From: an uncultured Phycisphaerales bacterium | GTDB lineage: Bacteria; Planctomycetota; Phycisphaerae; Tepidisphaerales; Tepidisphaeraceae | Direction of reading: 5' to 3' | Assembly: GCA_963844715.1 (NCBI GenBank) | Contig: CAWJPJ010000008.1 | Location: 736,001 to 800,000 of the forward strand | Length of the DNA stretch: 64,000 bases | Shown here: positions 12,579-23,723 of the stretch, one piece after another | Numbering within the stretch: the stretch's first letter is position 1 | Layout of the letters: every line of letters begins with the position of its first letter | Program-made: the position numbers and the translations under genes | The notes under the pieces: generated by a model | Database searches by the model: none | Told to the model about the DNA's origin: nothing | Seen by the model: only the letters and a program-made list of their open reading frames with translations

Positions 12579-13028
12579 ATGGGACTTATTTCCGAGTTCA
12601 AGGAATTCGCCCTTAAGGGCAGCGTCGTGGACCTCGCCGTAGGCGTCATCATCGGCGGTGCCTTTGGCGGCGTCGTCAACTCCATCGTCAAAGACATCAT
12701 GATGCCCCCGCTCGGACTCCTCATCGGCGGCGTCGATTTCTCCAAGCAGGAGTTCGTCCTCAGGCACGCCGTACTGGACCCCAAAGATCCCACCAAGACC
12801 CTCGTTCCTCAAACCGCCATCACCTATGGGATGTTCCTCAACACGGCGATCAATTTCCTGATCGTCGCCATTGCAATATTCATTGTCATCAAACTGATGA
12901 ACACCGCCAAGCGTCAGCCGCCTCCCCCCGACCCCACAACCAAGGAATGCCCGCGCTGTTGCACGAGTATCCCCCTCAAGGCGACCCGCTGTCCCAATTG
13001 CACCAGCGATCTTCCGGCAACCGCCTAG
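12579..13028 (+). CDS. mscL: Large-conductance mechanosensitive channel with C-terminal CxxC...CxxC zinc ribbon
   Basis: EFKEFALKGSVVDLAVGVIIGGAFG; YGMFLNTAINFLIVA. Confidence 0.95.
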   Translation: MGLISEFKEFALKGSVVDLAVGVIIGGAFGGVVNSIVKDIMMPPLGLLIGGVDFSKQEFVLRHAVLDPKDPTKTLVPQTAITYGMFLNTAINFLIVAIAIFIVIKLMNTAKRQPPPPDPTTKECPRCCTSIPLKATRCPNCTSDLPATA

Positions 13029-13036
13029 CAGTGTTG

Positions 13037-13897
13037 CTAAAGCCCGCTGGCTTGTAACGCGTTGCTAAGAATTGAGCGGATATCCCGCTTCTCAAAGATT
13101 CTCCGCCCTCGTTCTTCCAATTCGTGCCGTGCCTTCTCATCGTCCACCAGCCGCAGGCACTCCTCCGCCACCTGTTCCAGCGGCGCGAACGCCACCGCGT
13201 CCAGAATATCCGGCTCCATGAGCGTCTGCGGATATTTATCCGAAACCACCGCCTTCCCGTTGGCCAGCAGATATGAAACCCGCACGATCTCAAACACCCG
13301 GCTCACGTTATACATGTTCAAATTCAGCACGATCTTCGACCGCGCGATCAAATCGTCCCGATCCTGCCCGTAAATCCCGCACGCAAAAACCGCGTGCATC
13401 CCCTTGGCACAAATCTCGTAATACGTCTGAAGCCGCTGCCCTGTCGGAATCCCATAGAAAAGCACGTCGATCGGCAATTCCCGCCGCGGCGGAATCCGCG
13501 TCAGCGTCGGCGCATAACCGATCGGCACATGGATCAGCGGGCGCCCCAGCTTGTAATGCTCCCAAAACGGAAAATTCTCCGCGCTGTAATCCCAAAGCTG
13601 AAATCGCTTCGCCGCCATCCCATACTGCGGCACCATCTTCCCCGGCTCCAGATTCGCCAACTGCTCCAGGTTGTAAATGATCGTATTGGCGGGCATCGCC
13701 GTCATCTGGATTTCATTCACCAGCTGAAATCCAAACAGCATGTTAACCGATTCCTTCGCCACCGCGTTGGTCGTCACCGCAATCTCGTGCCCCAGCGCCT
13801 CCAAGCCCCACCGCACCGATTCAATCACCTCGGCATACCCGTAAAGCCCGTGACTAATCCGCTTCCCCGCGACGACATGCACCAGGTTAAATCGCAT
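13037..13897 (-). CDS. Glycosyltransferase-like protein (GT-B type)
   Basis: IYNLEQL, LWDYS, DVLFYG, SKIVLNL, FEIVRVSYLLAN motifs. Confidence 0.7.
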   Translation of the reverse strand: MRFNLVHVVAGKRISHGLYGYAEVIESVRWGLEALGHEIAVTTNAVAKESVNMLFGFQLVNEIQMTAMPANTIIYNLEQLANLEPGKMVPQYGMAAKRFQLWDYSAENFPFWEHYKLGRPLIHVPIGYAPTLTRIPPRRELPIDVLFYGIPTGQRLQTYYEICAKGMHAVFACGIYGQDRDDLIARSKIVLNLNMYNVSRVFEIVRVSYLLANGKAVVSDKYPQTLMEPDILDAVAFAPLEQVAEECLRLVDDEKARHELEERGRRIFEKRDIRSILSNALQASGL

Positions 13898-14022
13898 GAA
13901 TCCTCGATGATAGATCGACGCCCCCATCGCCGCAATTAGGCGGTTTGGTCATGGAACGGTGAAAGCCACCGGCCGAATTGACTTATCAGATTTTGGTAGC
14001 AAAATATTCGCAGGAGAACTCG

Positions 14023-14331
14023 ATGAGAAAGCCTGCCAAGCATCCTGAAGATATGACTGCGGCGGAACTAGCACGAGCGACTCGCCAATATGATGAGGAG
14101 TTTATTTTTCTGAAGACGCGCCCGCTCAACGCCAAAGAGCGAAAATTATGGCAGCAAATTAAACGTGGCCGAGGCCGTCCCAAAATCGGCGCTGGCGCAA
14201 AAAAAATCAGCGTCTCCCTCGAAGGCGACCTTCTCAAGGCCGCCGACGCCATGGCGAAAAAGAAGGGGATCAATCGCTCCGAATTGATCGCCAGCTTCAT
14301 TGCCGCCGGACTGCGGGGCAAGGCGGTATAA
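14023..14331 (+). CDS. Ribbon-helix-helix (CopG-like) DNA-binding protein
   Basis: RGRP followed by ISVSLEGDLLKAADAMAKKKGINRSELI; AGGAG SD. Confidence 0.7.
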   Translation: MRKPAKHPEDMTAAELARATRQYDEEFIFLKTRPLNAKERKLWQQIKRGRGRPKIGAGAKKISVSLEGDLLKAADAMAKKKGINRSELIASFIAAGLRGKAV

Positions 14332-14480
14332 CTCCAGGCCGCAGCGTTCCCTTCATTCGCCGTTCCCATTACTAAGGTGCCTATCGCTAGTTACGTATCA
14401 TTCCCCGCCCGCGCCTTTTCCTGTATACTGCTGCCCAACCAACCTGTCCTTTGTTCCGTATTTCTTAATCGAATTTCAAA

Positions 14481-17400
14481 ATGCCTATTCGAGTCGCCTT
14501 AAACCATAAGACGAAGTATCGCTTCGCCAAGCCCGTGTGGCTTTCCCCGCACGTTCTGCGTCTGCGTCCCGCGCCCCATTGCCGAACCCCGGTCCTGAGC
14601 TACTCCCTCAAAGTCACCCCCAAGGACCATTTCATCAATTGGCAGCAGGACCCTTACAGCAACCGCCTCGCCCGTCTCGTCTTCCCCAAAAAGACGCGCG
14701 AACTTGATATCGAGGTCGATCTCGTCGCCGAGATGACCGTCATCAATCCCTTCGACTTCTTCCTCGAGCCCGACGCCGAGAAGTATCCATTTAAATACGA
14801 TGAAATCCTGTCGCGCGAGCTGGCCCCGTATCTGGCCTTCGATCCTCCCGGGCCCAAGCTCGCACAAGTCGTCCAGGAAGTCCGCAAATCGAATCTTCGC
14901 ACCATCGACTTTCTCGTCGAATTGAATTCCGGATTGCAGAAGCGGATCAAATATCTCATCCGCATGGAGCCCGGCGTGCAGACGCCCGAGGAGACCCTCA
15001 CCAAACTCAGCGGCTCCTGCCGCGACACCGCCTGGCTCCTCGTCCAGCTTCTTCGCAACTTGGGCATGGCGGCCCGATTTGTCTCCGGCTATCTCATCCA
15101 GCTCAAGCCGGACGTGAAATCCCTCGACGGCCCTTCCGGCGCCGACCGAGATTTCACCGATCTCCACGCCTGGACGGAAGTTTACATCCCCGGCGGGGGA
15201 TGGATCGGCCTCGACCCCACCAGCGGTCTGCTCGCCGGCGAAGGGCATCTCCCCCTCGCGTGCACGGCCGCCCCAATGACCGCCGCCGCCGTCTCCGGAT
15301 TTTTCTCTGCCGACGATGAGAAAGTCATCGGCGCCGGACCCCGACGAGCCGCCTCCCGGCGACCTCCAAGGAGGATGAATTCGAATTCGCCATGTCCGTC
15401 ACGCGAATTCACGAAGACCCGCGGGTGACCAAGCCTTACACCGACGAGCAATGGGCCGAAATCCAGGCCCTCGGCCATCAGGTCGATGCCGATCTCGCTC
15501 GCGGCGACGTCCGCATGACCATGGGCGGCGAGCCGACTTTCGTCTCCATCGACGACATGGACGGCGCGGAATGGAACGCCGATGCCCTGGGGCCGAAAAA
15601 GTACGGTCTTTCCGACACCCTCATCCGCCGCCTGCGCGATCGCTTCGCCAGCGGCGGATTTCTGCATCACGGCCAGGGCAAATGGTATCCCGGCGAATCC
15701 CTCCCGCGCTGGGCACTCGGTTTATACTGGCGCAAGGACGGCCAGCCGATCTGGCGCGATCCGCCACTCGTCGCCGACGAAAAGAAACCCAACCGCGCCA
15801 CCGAGCAGGACGCCCGGCATTTCGTGGCCTCTCTGGCCGAGCGCCTCGGCGTCGAGCGCCGCTTTGCCGTCCCGGGATACGAAGACGTCTGGTACTACCT
15901 CTGGAAAGAACGCCGGCTCCCCGTCAATGTCGATCCGCTCGAAAGCAAACTCGAAGTAAAGTGGGAACGCGACGCGCCTGGCGCAGGGTTTTCGAACAGG
16001 GCTTGGATAAGACAATCGGCTGGGCGATGCCTCTTCGCCGCGAGCATTACCCGGACGGCACCGGCGCATGGGCCAGCGGCGCATGGTTCTACCGGCCCGA
16101 GCGCATGTATCTCGTCCCCGGCGATTCGCCGATGGGATATCGCCTTCCCCTCGATTCGCTCCCGTGGGCTCCGGCCTCTGATAGACAGTGGACCGAGGAA
16201 ACGGACCCCTGGGAATTTCGCCCGCCGCTTCCAACCCGCCAGGCGATGTCCGGCCAGCGCTATGTCGCCGGCCGGCGCACGCCCTACGACCAGCAAGCGT
16301 GGGTCGAGCAGCTCATGGAAAAAGAGGGCACCGCCCGCCCCCCGTCTCAGCGGCGCGCGCCAGCCCGCCCCCGAAATGGCCCCGGCGGTAGGGGAGTCCG
16401 CCCCGTGGATCATCCGCACGGCCCTCTGCGCCGAACCGCGCGGCGGCGTCCTGCGAATCTTCATGCCGCCCCGGCGCTATCTCGAGGACTATCTCGAACT
16501 CGTCGCCGCCATCGAAGACACGGCCGCCGACATGAACCTCCCAGTCCTCGTAGAGGGATACAAACCGCCCCAGGACGATCCGCGTCAACGTGATCAAAGT
16601 CACCCCCGACCCCGGCGTCATCGAGGTCAACACCCCGCCCGTCCAAGGCTGGGACGAGCTGGTCAAAAACACCACTGCGCTCTACGAAGAAGCCCATCTC
16701 TGCCGCCTCGGCACCGAAAAGTTCATGCTCGACGGCCGGCACACCGGCACCGGCGGCGGAAACCACATCGTCATCGGCGGCCCCAGCCCCGCTGATTCGC
16801 CCCTCCTGCGCCGTCCCGATCTCCTCCGCAGCCTCATCGGATATTGGCACAATCACCCCTCGCTTTCCTATCTCTTTAGCGGCCTTTTCGTCGGCCCCAC
16901 CAGCCAGGCTCCCCGCGTCGACGAGGCCCGCAACGATCAGGTTTACGAACTCGAAATCGCCTTCAATCAAATCCCCGACCAGGGCGGCTGCCCCCCATGG
17001 ATCGTCGACCGCGTGCTTCGAAACATCTTGATCGACTCGACAGGCAACACCCATCGCGCCGAATTCTGCATCGACAAGCTCTACTCCCCGGAAACCTCCG
17101 CCGGACGCCTCGGCCTGCTGGAGATGCGCGCCTTCGAAATGCCCCCGCACGCGCGGATGAGCCTCACCCAGCATCTCCTCCTCCGCTCCCTGGTCGCCCA
17201 ATTCTGGCGACAGCCGTATAACGAGCGCTCTGGTCCGCTGGCGCACGGAAATTCACGATCGTTTCATGCTCCCGCATTTCGTGCGAGAAGATTTCGACGA
17301 CGTGCTCGACGATCTCAATCGCGCCGGCTATCCGATCCAGCGCGACCTGGTTCGCCCCCCATTTTGAATTCCGTTTCCCGCTTTACGGCTCAATCCAGCA

Positions 17401-17911
17401 TCGCGGCGTCGACGTCGAACTCCGCCAGGCGATCGAGCCCTGGAACGTCCTGGGCGAGGAACCCGCGGCCGGCGGAACCGTCCGCTTCGTCGATTCCTCC
17501 GTCGAGCGTTTGCAGGTCCTCGTCAGCGGCATGGTCGATCCGCGCCACGCCATCGCCGTGAACGGCCGAAAACTCCCCCTTCATCCCACCGGCACCAACG
17601 GCCAATTCGTCGCCGGCGTCCGCTATCGCGCCTGGCAGCCCGCCGAGTGTCTCCATCCGACCATCGGCGTTCACTCGCCTCTCGTCTTCGACGTTGTCGA
17701 CAACTGGTCCGGGCGCAGTATCGGCGGCTGCACCTATCACGTCTCCCATCCCGGCGGACGGAGTTACGACCGATTCCCCGTCAACGCCTACGAAGCCGAA
17801 AGCCGCCGCGTTTCTCGTTTCTTCAAGTTTGGCCATACTCCCGGCCCCATGCGCCTCCCCGAGGAGAATATTTCCCGCGAATTCCCCTTTACGCTCGATC
17901 TGCGCCGCTGA
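14481..17911 (+). CDS. Transglutaminase family protein with DUF2126 (putative amidoligase) domain; split by several apparent frameshifts
   Basis: GSCRD..DLHAW..LDPT triad; [44 protein letters not shown] in consecutive ORFs. Confidence 0.9.
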
Positions 17912-17933
17912 TCCAACGTATATTTACTGACCT

Positions 17934-20460
17934 ATGACGACGGAAGCTTCCGACGCGACAGCAAGTGCGGCGCCAGGTCTGGCGGCGCGATACGTCCCGC
18001 GCGAAGCCTCCCTCGACGAAATGATCGCCGCCGACGGCTCCCTCCGTCCGTCGTGGAAATCCTTCGTCAACATCATGGACGATCTGGGCACCACCCACGT
18101 CGAATCGCGCTGGGATTACGCCCGCCGCCTCATCCGCGAAAACGGGATTACCCACAACGTCTATAACGCCCCCGACGGCATGGCCCGCCCGTGGAATCTC
18201 GACCTCATCCCTCTTCTCCTGGCCGGCGAGGAATGGGAACGAGTCAGCGCCGCAATGGTCCAGCGCCAGACTCCTCAACGCCATGCTCGCCGACATTTAT
18301 GGCCCCGGCGATTGCGTCCGCGCCGGCGTGCTTCCCCCGGAACTCGTCTACGGCACGCCCGGCTTCCTTCGCCCCGCCCACGGCCTTCGACCGCCGCGCA
18401 ACCAGTGGATCTCCCAATACTCAGCCGATCTCATCCGCGCTCAGGACGGCTCCTTTCAGGTCCTCACCGACCGCACGCAGTCTCCTTCGGGCGCCGGATA
18501 TTGTCTGGAGAATCGCATCGTCCTCAGCCGCGCACTCCCCACGCCATTCCGCGATTGCAACGTCCTGCGACTCGCTCCCTATTTCATCTCCTTTCGACAG
18601 AATCTCGCCTCTCTCGCTCCGCCCGACCGCGAAAACCCGCGCATCGTCCTCCTCACCCCCGGCCCCTACAACGAAACCTATTTTGAGCACGCCTATCTCG
18701 CCCGGTATCTAGGCTTCACCCTCGTACAGGGAAACGATCTCCTCGTCCGCGATTGCCGCGTTTATCTCAAAACCCTCGGCGGATTGCAGCGGATCGACGT
18801 CATCCTCCGCCGCGTCGATGATGATTTCTGCGACCCCCTCGAATTGCGCCAGGATTCCTACCTGGGCATCCCCGGCCTGCTGCAGGCCGCCCGCGACGGA
18901 AACGTCGCCATCGCCAACGCCATCGGCGCCGGCTTCGGCCGCTCCAACGCGCTGATCGCTTATCTCCCGCAGCTCTGCCGCCATTTCTTCACCGAAGATT
19001 TGAAAATGCCCTCGGTCGAAACCTTCTGGTGCGGCGAGGAGAAATCCCTCCAATATGTTCTGGACAATCTCGCCAAGCTCGTCATCAAGCCCTCGTTCCC
19101 GATAGGGAAAAGCGACCCGATCTTCGCCGAAACGCTCAGCGGCGCGGATTTGGAATCGCTGGCGCAAAATCCGCGCCCGCCCGCGCGACTATATCGCCCA
19201 GCCGCACGTCGTCTCCTACAGCGCCACCGGTTCTGGTGAATCATCGCGTCGAGTCGCGCCGCTTTGTGCTGCGCACCTTCCTCACCGCCGCCGGCGATTC
19301 CTATTCCGTCATGACCGGCGGCCTCACCCGCGTGACCGGCGCGGCCGACGACCTGGTCGTCTCCCTCCAGCAGGGCGGCGGCAGCAAGGACACGTGGATT
19401 CAGGCGGATTATCCCGTCAAGGAAATTTCCCTCCTCCCTCCGTCCACCGGCCGAACCGAACTCAGCCGCGGCGGCGGCGACCTCACCAGCCGCGTCGCCG
19501 ACGATCTCTTCTGGCTCGGAAGATACCTCCAGCGCGCCGACGGCGTCGTCCGCCTCGGTCGCTGCATCTTCAATCGTCTCCTCGATCCCAACTTCGCCGA
19601 CGCCCCCCAGGCGACCGATATCCTCGCCACCCAGCTCCTGGGCCGCGCCGTCCCCAAAAATCTCGATTCCGCGCAGCTCGCCGCCGATCTACTCTCCGCC
19701 GCCGACCCCAGCGGACTCCGCTCCTCGATCTACAGCATTCACAATCTCTCCGGCGTCTTGCGCGACCGCATCTCCGTCGACGCCTGGCTCATCCTCCGCG
19801 ACATCCAGCGCGATCTCCCAACCGCCGCGGCCCGCGCCGAAACCGACGGCTCCGGTGCCGTCCTCGAATCCCTGAACAAACTCGTCATCGGCCTGCTCGC
19901 CTTCTACGGAATGGCCTCCGACTCCATGACCCGCGGCCAAGCCTGGCAATTCCTCGACCTCGGCGTCCGCCTCGAACGCGCCACCTCCATGATGTCCCTC
20001 ATCCGCACGACTCTTGCCCGCCAGTTTCCCCTCGAGCAGTATCTTCTCGATTCCCTTCTCGAAGTTGCCGACAGCTCGCTGACCTATCGCCGAAGATATC
20101 TCACCCGTCTCGACGTCACCGCCGTCGTGGATCTTCTCGTCTGCGACGAAACCAATCCGCGATCCGTCGCCTTCGGCGCCGCCGCGATGGAGCGTCATCT
20201 CCGCCGGCTCCCCCATCGCGCCGAGCATTCCCGCCCCAGCCCCGATCTTCTCCTCGGCGAAAAATTGCGCGAGCATGGTGCGCCTGGCGGATATTCACGT
20301 CGCCAGCCAGGTCACCGCCGGCAAGCGCGACGGCCTCTGGAAATTCGGCGGCGACGTCCTCGACACCCTCCACGCTCTTTCCGACGTGATCACGCAGATT
20401 TATTTCAGTCACGCCGCCGTTCCGCGCCGCGTCCCGCCGGTCGAAGGAGCCGCGTCGTGA
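17934..20460 (+). CDS. Circularly permuted type 2 ATP-grasp protein fused to alpha-E domain; frameshifted
   Basis: PSGAGYCLENR, TPGPYNETYFEHAYLA, RRVDDDFCDPLEL, GGGSKDTW, LFWLGRYLQRA, LERA, DETNPRS. Confidence 0.9.
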
Positions 20461-21350
20461 AATTCACCGTCACGCACAAAACTCAGTACACCTACCTCGA
20501 GTCCGTCCCCGCTTCCCACAGCGTCGCCCACCTGCGCCCGCGAAACACCGATTTGCAAACCTGCATTCAAAGCGAACTGACGATTCACCCCAAGCCCGCC
20601 CAGCGCCGCGACCGCGTCGATTTCTTCGGGAACAATGTCACCTGGTTCACCGTCGACGAACTGCATCGCAAGCTGAGCATCGAGGCCGTCAGCCAGGTCG
20701 AAACCACCCCCCAGCGCGTCCCCGGCGAAACCGCCGGCCCCGCCTGGGAAGACCTCGGCAAAATCCTCCGCTCGCGCCTCGACCCCGAATCTCTTCTGGC
20801 CCGGCAATATGTATTGGAATCCCCGCAGGTCCCCGTCTGCAACCAGTGCGCCGATTACGCCAAACCCTGCTTCCCACCCGGCGCATCGCTCATCAAGGGC
20901 GCGATCGAACTCACCCACCAGATATTTCACGATTTTATTTTCGATTCCTACGCGACGACCGTCGGCACACCCGTCCTCGAGGTCCTCGGCCATCGCCGCG
21001 GCGTCTGCCAGGACTTCGCCCACCTGGAGATTTCCTGCCTGCGCTCGCTCGGATTGTCGGCAAGATATGTCAGCGGCTACGTCCTCACCCGCCCGCCCCC
21101 GGGCCAGGCCCGCCTCGTTGGCGGCGACGCCTCACATGCCTGGGTTTCCGTCTATATCCCCGATTTCGGCTGGCTCGATCTCGACCCCACCAACGGCGTG
21201 GCTCCCAACGGTGAGCACATCACCCTCGCCTGGGGCCGCGATTACGACGACCTCACGCCCCTCCGCGGCGTCATGACCGGGAGCCGGCAGCATGCTCTTT
21301 ATTACTCTGTTGACGTCCAGCCTCTGGAACCCGAACCGAAACGTGCGTGA
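20457..21350 (+). CDS. Transglutaminase family protein
   Basis: GVCQDFAH, ARYVSGY, ASHAW, LDPTN, GRDYDD; GTGA overlap with upstream gene. Confidence 0.92.
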   Translation: MKFTVTHKTQYTYLESVPASHSVAHLRPRNTDLQTCIQSELTIHPKPAQRRDRVDFFGNNVTWFTVDELHRKLSIEAVSQVETTPQRVPGETAGPAWEDLGKILRSRLDPESLLARQYVLESPQVPVCNQCADYAKPCFPPGASLIKGAIELTHQIFHDFIFDSYATTVGTPVLEVLGHRRGVCQDFAHLEISCLRSLGLSARYVSGYVLTRPPPGQARLVGGDASHAWVSVYIPDFGWLDLDPTNGVAPNGEHITLAWGRDYDDLTPLRGVMTGSRQHALYYSVDVQPLEPEPKRA

Positions 21351-22032
21351 TCAAGCGCTCAAGCATGTGCTTCGGATCGGTTTTGGCGATTTGCACCGCT
21401 TGCTCCGGCGCCAAAAATCGCAGGTGTTCCTTTTTTTCCGTGACGTCGCTTTCGCCGCCGTCCTGCCCGATTAAAAGTGGATCAGGCGCGTAAACTCTGA
21501 AAACCCGCATCAGCGATGACATCACCACGTCGCAGTGATCCGTCTTGTTCAAATTCCAGACGTCGCGCAGGGATTTCATGAACATGCCGCGAACCGCAAA
21601 CGCATGCGTCCGATTCGACGCCACGCACCGCACCACGCCGTCGCAGATTTTCGTCGGCTCGCGCAAATGCTGCGCGCCCAGCATCAAGCCGTCCCAATCG
21701 TCCGGAACATTGGCCAAAAATTTCGCCGCACGCTCGGCAAAATCCAAAACCGGATACGCGTCGTCCTCGAGCACCAATATATTCTTCAAGCGGTCGTTGA
21801 GCGCCGCGTGTAAAACGCCGCAGTGCGACAATTGGCATCCCCACGCGCCTCGTCCCGCCGTCCACGTTTCCGGCGGCGGCGCGGTGAGAAACCCGTCCAC
21901 CGCCTCGACGCGCGTCGGCCATTTGAACGGCCAATTATTCAATCGCCGGATAAACGCCGCCAATCGCTCGGGCCGGCGATTCAGATTCACGACCACGACG
22001 CGATCGAAATAGTCGAAAATTCGGGCGGCCAT
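21271..22032 (-). CDS. Glycosyltransferase family 25-like protein
   Basis: VVNLNRRPER, EAVDG, GCQLSH, LVLEDDA. Confidence 0.82.
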   Translation of the reverse strand: MAARIFDYFDRVVVVNLNRRPERLAAFIRRLNNWPFKWPTRVEAVDGFLTAPPPETWTAGRGAWGCQLSHCGVLHAALNDRLKNILVLEDDAYPVLDFAERAAKFLANVPDDWDGLMLGAQHLREPTKICDGVVRCVASNRTHAFAVRGMFMKSLRDVWNLNKTDHCDVVMSSLMRVFRVYAPDPLLIGQDGGESDVTEKKEHLRFLAPEQAVQIAKTDPKHMLERLITHVSVRVPEAGRQQSNKEHAAGSRS

Positions 22033-22257
22033 AAGATTGGCTATCGGCCTTGCCACAATTTGCGGTGCAAATTTTCCCCCAGAATCCCCTCAGAAATGCG
22101 AAAAACGCCGCCGAATCGCCTGAGCCGGGACACTCCCACGGTCAACCAAACCTTAACGTATTCAAGTGTTACAATTTCTTTGACAATTGAATTAGGGGCT
22201 GGAAGACTAGTCGCTCGTGTCGGGTCGATCCTTGGGCTTTTAATCGGGAGTCTGGTC

Positions 22258-22746
22258 ATGGCCAACGAGTTGTTAGTCGAGGCGTTGATGGGCAATCTCG
22301 CATTCTTCAAAAACGTAATGCAGGACATGACGGACGCCGACCTGGTCCAGCGCCCGGTCCCCAGCGCCAATAACGCCCTCTGGCAGATCGGGCATCTGAT
22401 CGTGGCCGAGACAATGATGGTCAACGGCTGTGCCGGCAAGACAATCATCGAGCTCCCCGCCGGCTTCGCCGAGCGATACGACAAAAAAAACATCGGCGAA
22501 AACGACCCCAAAAAACTCGGAACCAAGGCCGAGCTCCTCGATCTGTACACCAAGATTCGCGAAAAGGCGTGCGCCTGGGTCGCGACCCTCACCCCCGCCG
22601 ACCTGGCCAAGCCCGCGCCGGAGAGGATGAGGTCCATGTGTCCGACGGTGGGGAACATCGTTCTTCTGTTCCCGAGCCACACCGCCATGCACATGGGACA
22701 AGTCCAGGTTCTGCGAAGAAAGCTGGGGAAGCCGGTGCTGTTCTAG
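22258..22746 (+). CDS. DinB family protein
   Basis: WQIGHL and HTAMHMGQ motifs; GGGAG SD. Confidence 0.85.
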   Translation: MANELLVEALMGNLAFFKNVMQDMTDADLVQRPVPSANNALWQIGHLIVAETMMVNGCAGKTIIELPAGFAERYDKKNIGENDPKKLGTKAELLDLYTKIREKACAWVATLTPADLAKPAPERMRSMCPTVGNIVLLFPSHTAMHMGQVQVLRRKLGKPVLF

Positions 22747-22773
22747 GCGCAATTGCCCTGGAGAGCGGCACGC

Positions 22774-23675
22774 ATGTCGATTCGACCCGTTAAAAAGCTC
22801 GCGCTGGCCAAGCCGACTGTCGAAGGCGCCGGCGTGCGTCTCCGCCGCGCCTTCGGATTTGGCGCGACCGGCGAGTTCGATCCGTTTTTGCTCCTCGACG
22901 ATTTTCGCAACGATACGCCTGAAGACTATCTGAAAGGGTTCCCCTGGCATCCGCACCGCGGAATCGAGACGATCACTTATGTGCTGGCCGGGACCGTCGA
23001 GCACGGCGACAGCATGGGGAACCACGGCGCGATCGCGGCCGGCGAGCTTCAGTGGATGACCGCGGGCCGCGGAATCATCCATCAGGAGATGCCGCGGGGC
23101 GACCCGGCGGGCCGAATGCACGGGTTTCAATTATGGGCCAATCTCCCGGCCCGGCTGAAAATGACGGCGCCGCGCTACCAGGAAATAAAAGTCCCCGAAA
23201 TCCCCGAAGTCACGTCCGACAACGGCACCCGCGCCCGCATCATCTGCGGAAATTTCTGGGGAAAGAAGGGTCCGGTCGACGGAATCGCCGCGGACCCGAT
23301 TTATCTCGATGTCTCGGTGCCGCCGGGCCAGCGATCGGTTCTCCCCGTCGAGACGACGCGGCACGCCTTCGCAGGCAGCGGCAAATTCTGCAACGCCTCA
23401 GGGCCGCTGGCCGTGCCGACGGAATCGGTCGGCTGGTGGGACACCACGCCGCCAACCGAGGCGGATAACCGCGCCTGATTCTCTTCGACAGCGGCGATGA
23501 AGTCGCCGTCCAGGCCGGCGATGAAGGGATCCGTTTCCTGCTCGTTTCCGGCAAGCCCCTCCAGGAGCCGGTTGCCTGGTACGGCCCGATCGTGATGAAC
23601 ACCCAGGGCGAACTCCAGCAAGTATTCGAAGAACTCAACGAGGGGACTTTTTTGGCGACGAAGGCGCGAAAATAG
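22774..23675 (+). CDS. Pirin family protein (frameshift near 23475)
   Basis: DPFLLLD, HPHRGIET, WMTAGRGIIHQE; C-terminal EPVAWYGPIVMN in shifted frame. Confidence 0.92.
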
Positions 23676-23723
23676 CCCCGGGTCGATGCAGAGGTTTGCA
23701 TCACTTATAATTTCCGCTCAGGT

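Noticed and set aside
14481..20460. Pseudogenisation of the transglutaminase/ATP-grasp genes (also ClC, pirin, S1/P1, EEP, TPR-GT)
   Set aside because: Only single indels were seen, with intact catalytic motifs, spread across unrelated genes; more consistent with sequencing error than decay
19029..21350. 773-aa alpha-E/transglutaminase fusion ORF
   Set aside because: Artifact of a frameshift near 20270; the alpha-E frame ends at TGA 20460, overlapping the GTG start at 20457
22141..22190. Operator repeats between the GT25 and DinB genes
   Set aside because: TCAAC/TTAAC and TTACA/TGACA spacings are inconsistent; probably ordinary promoter sequence
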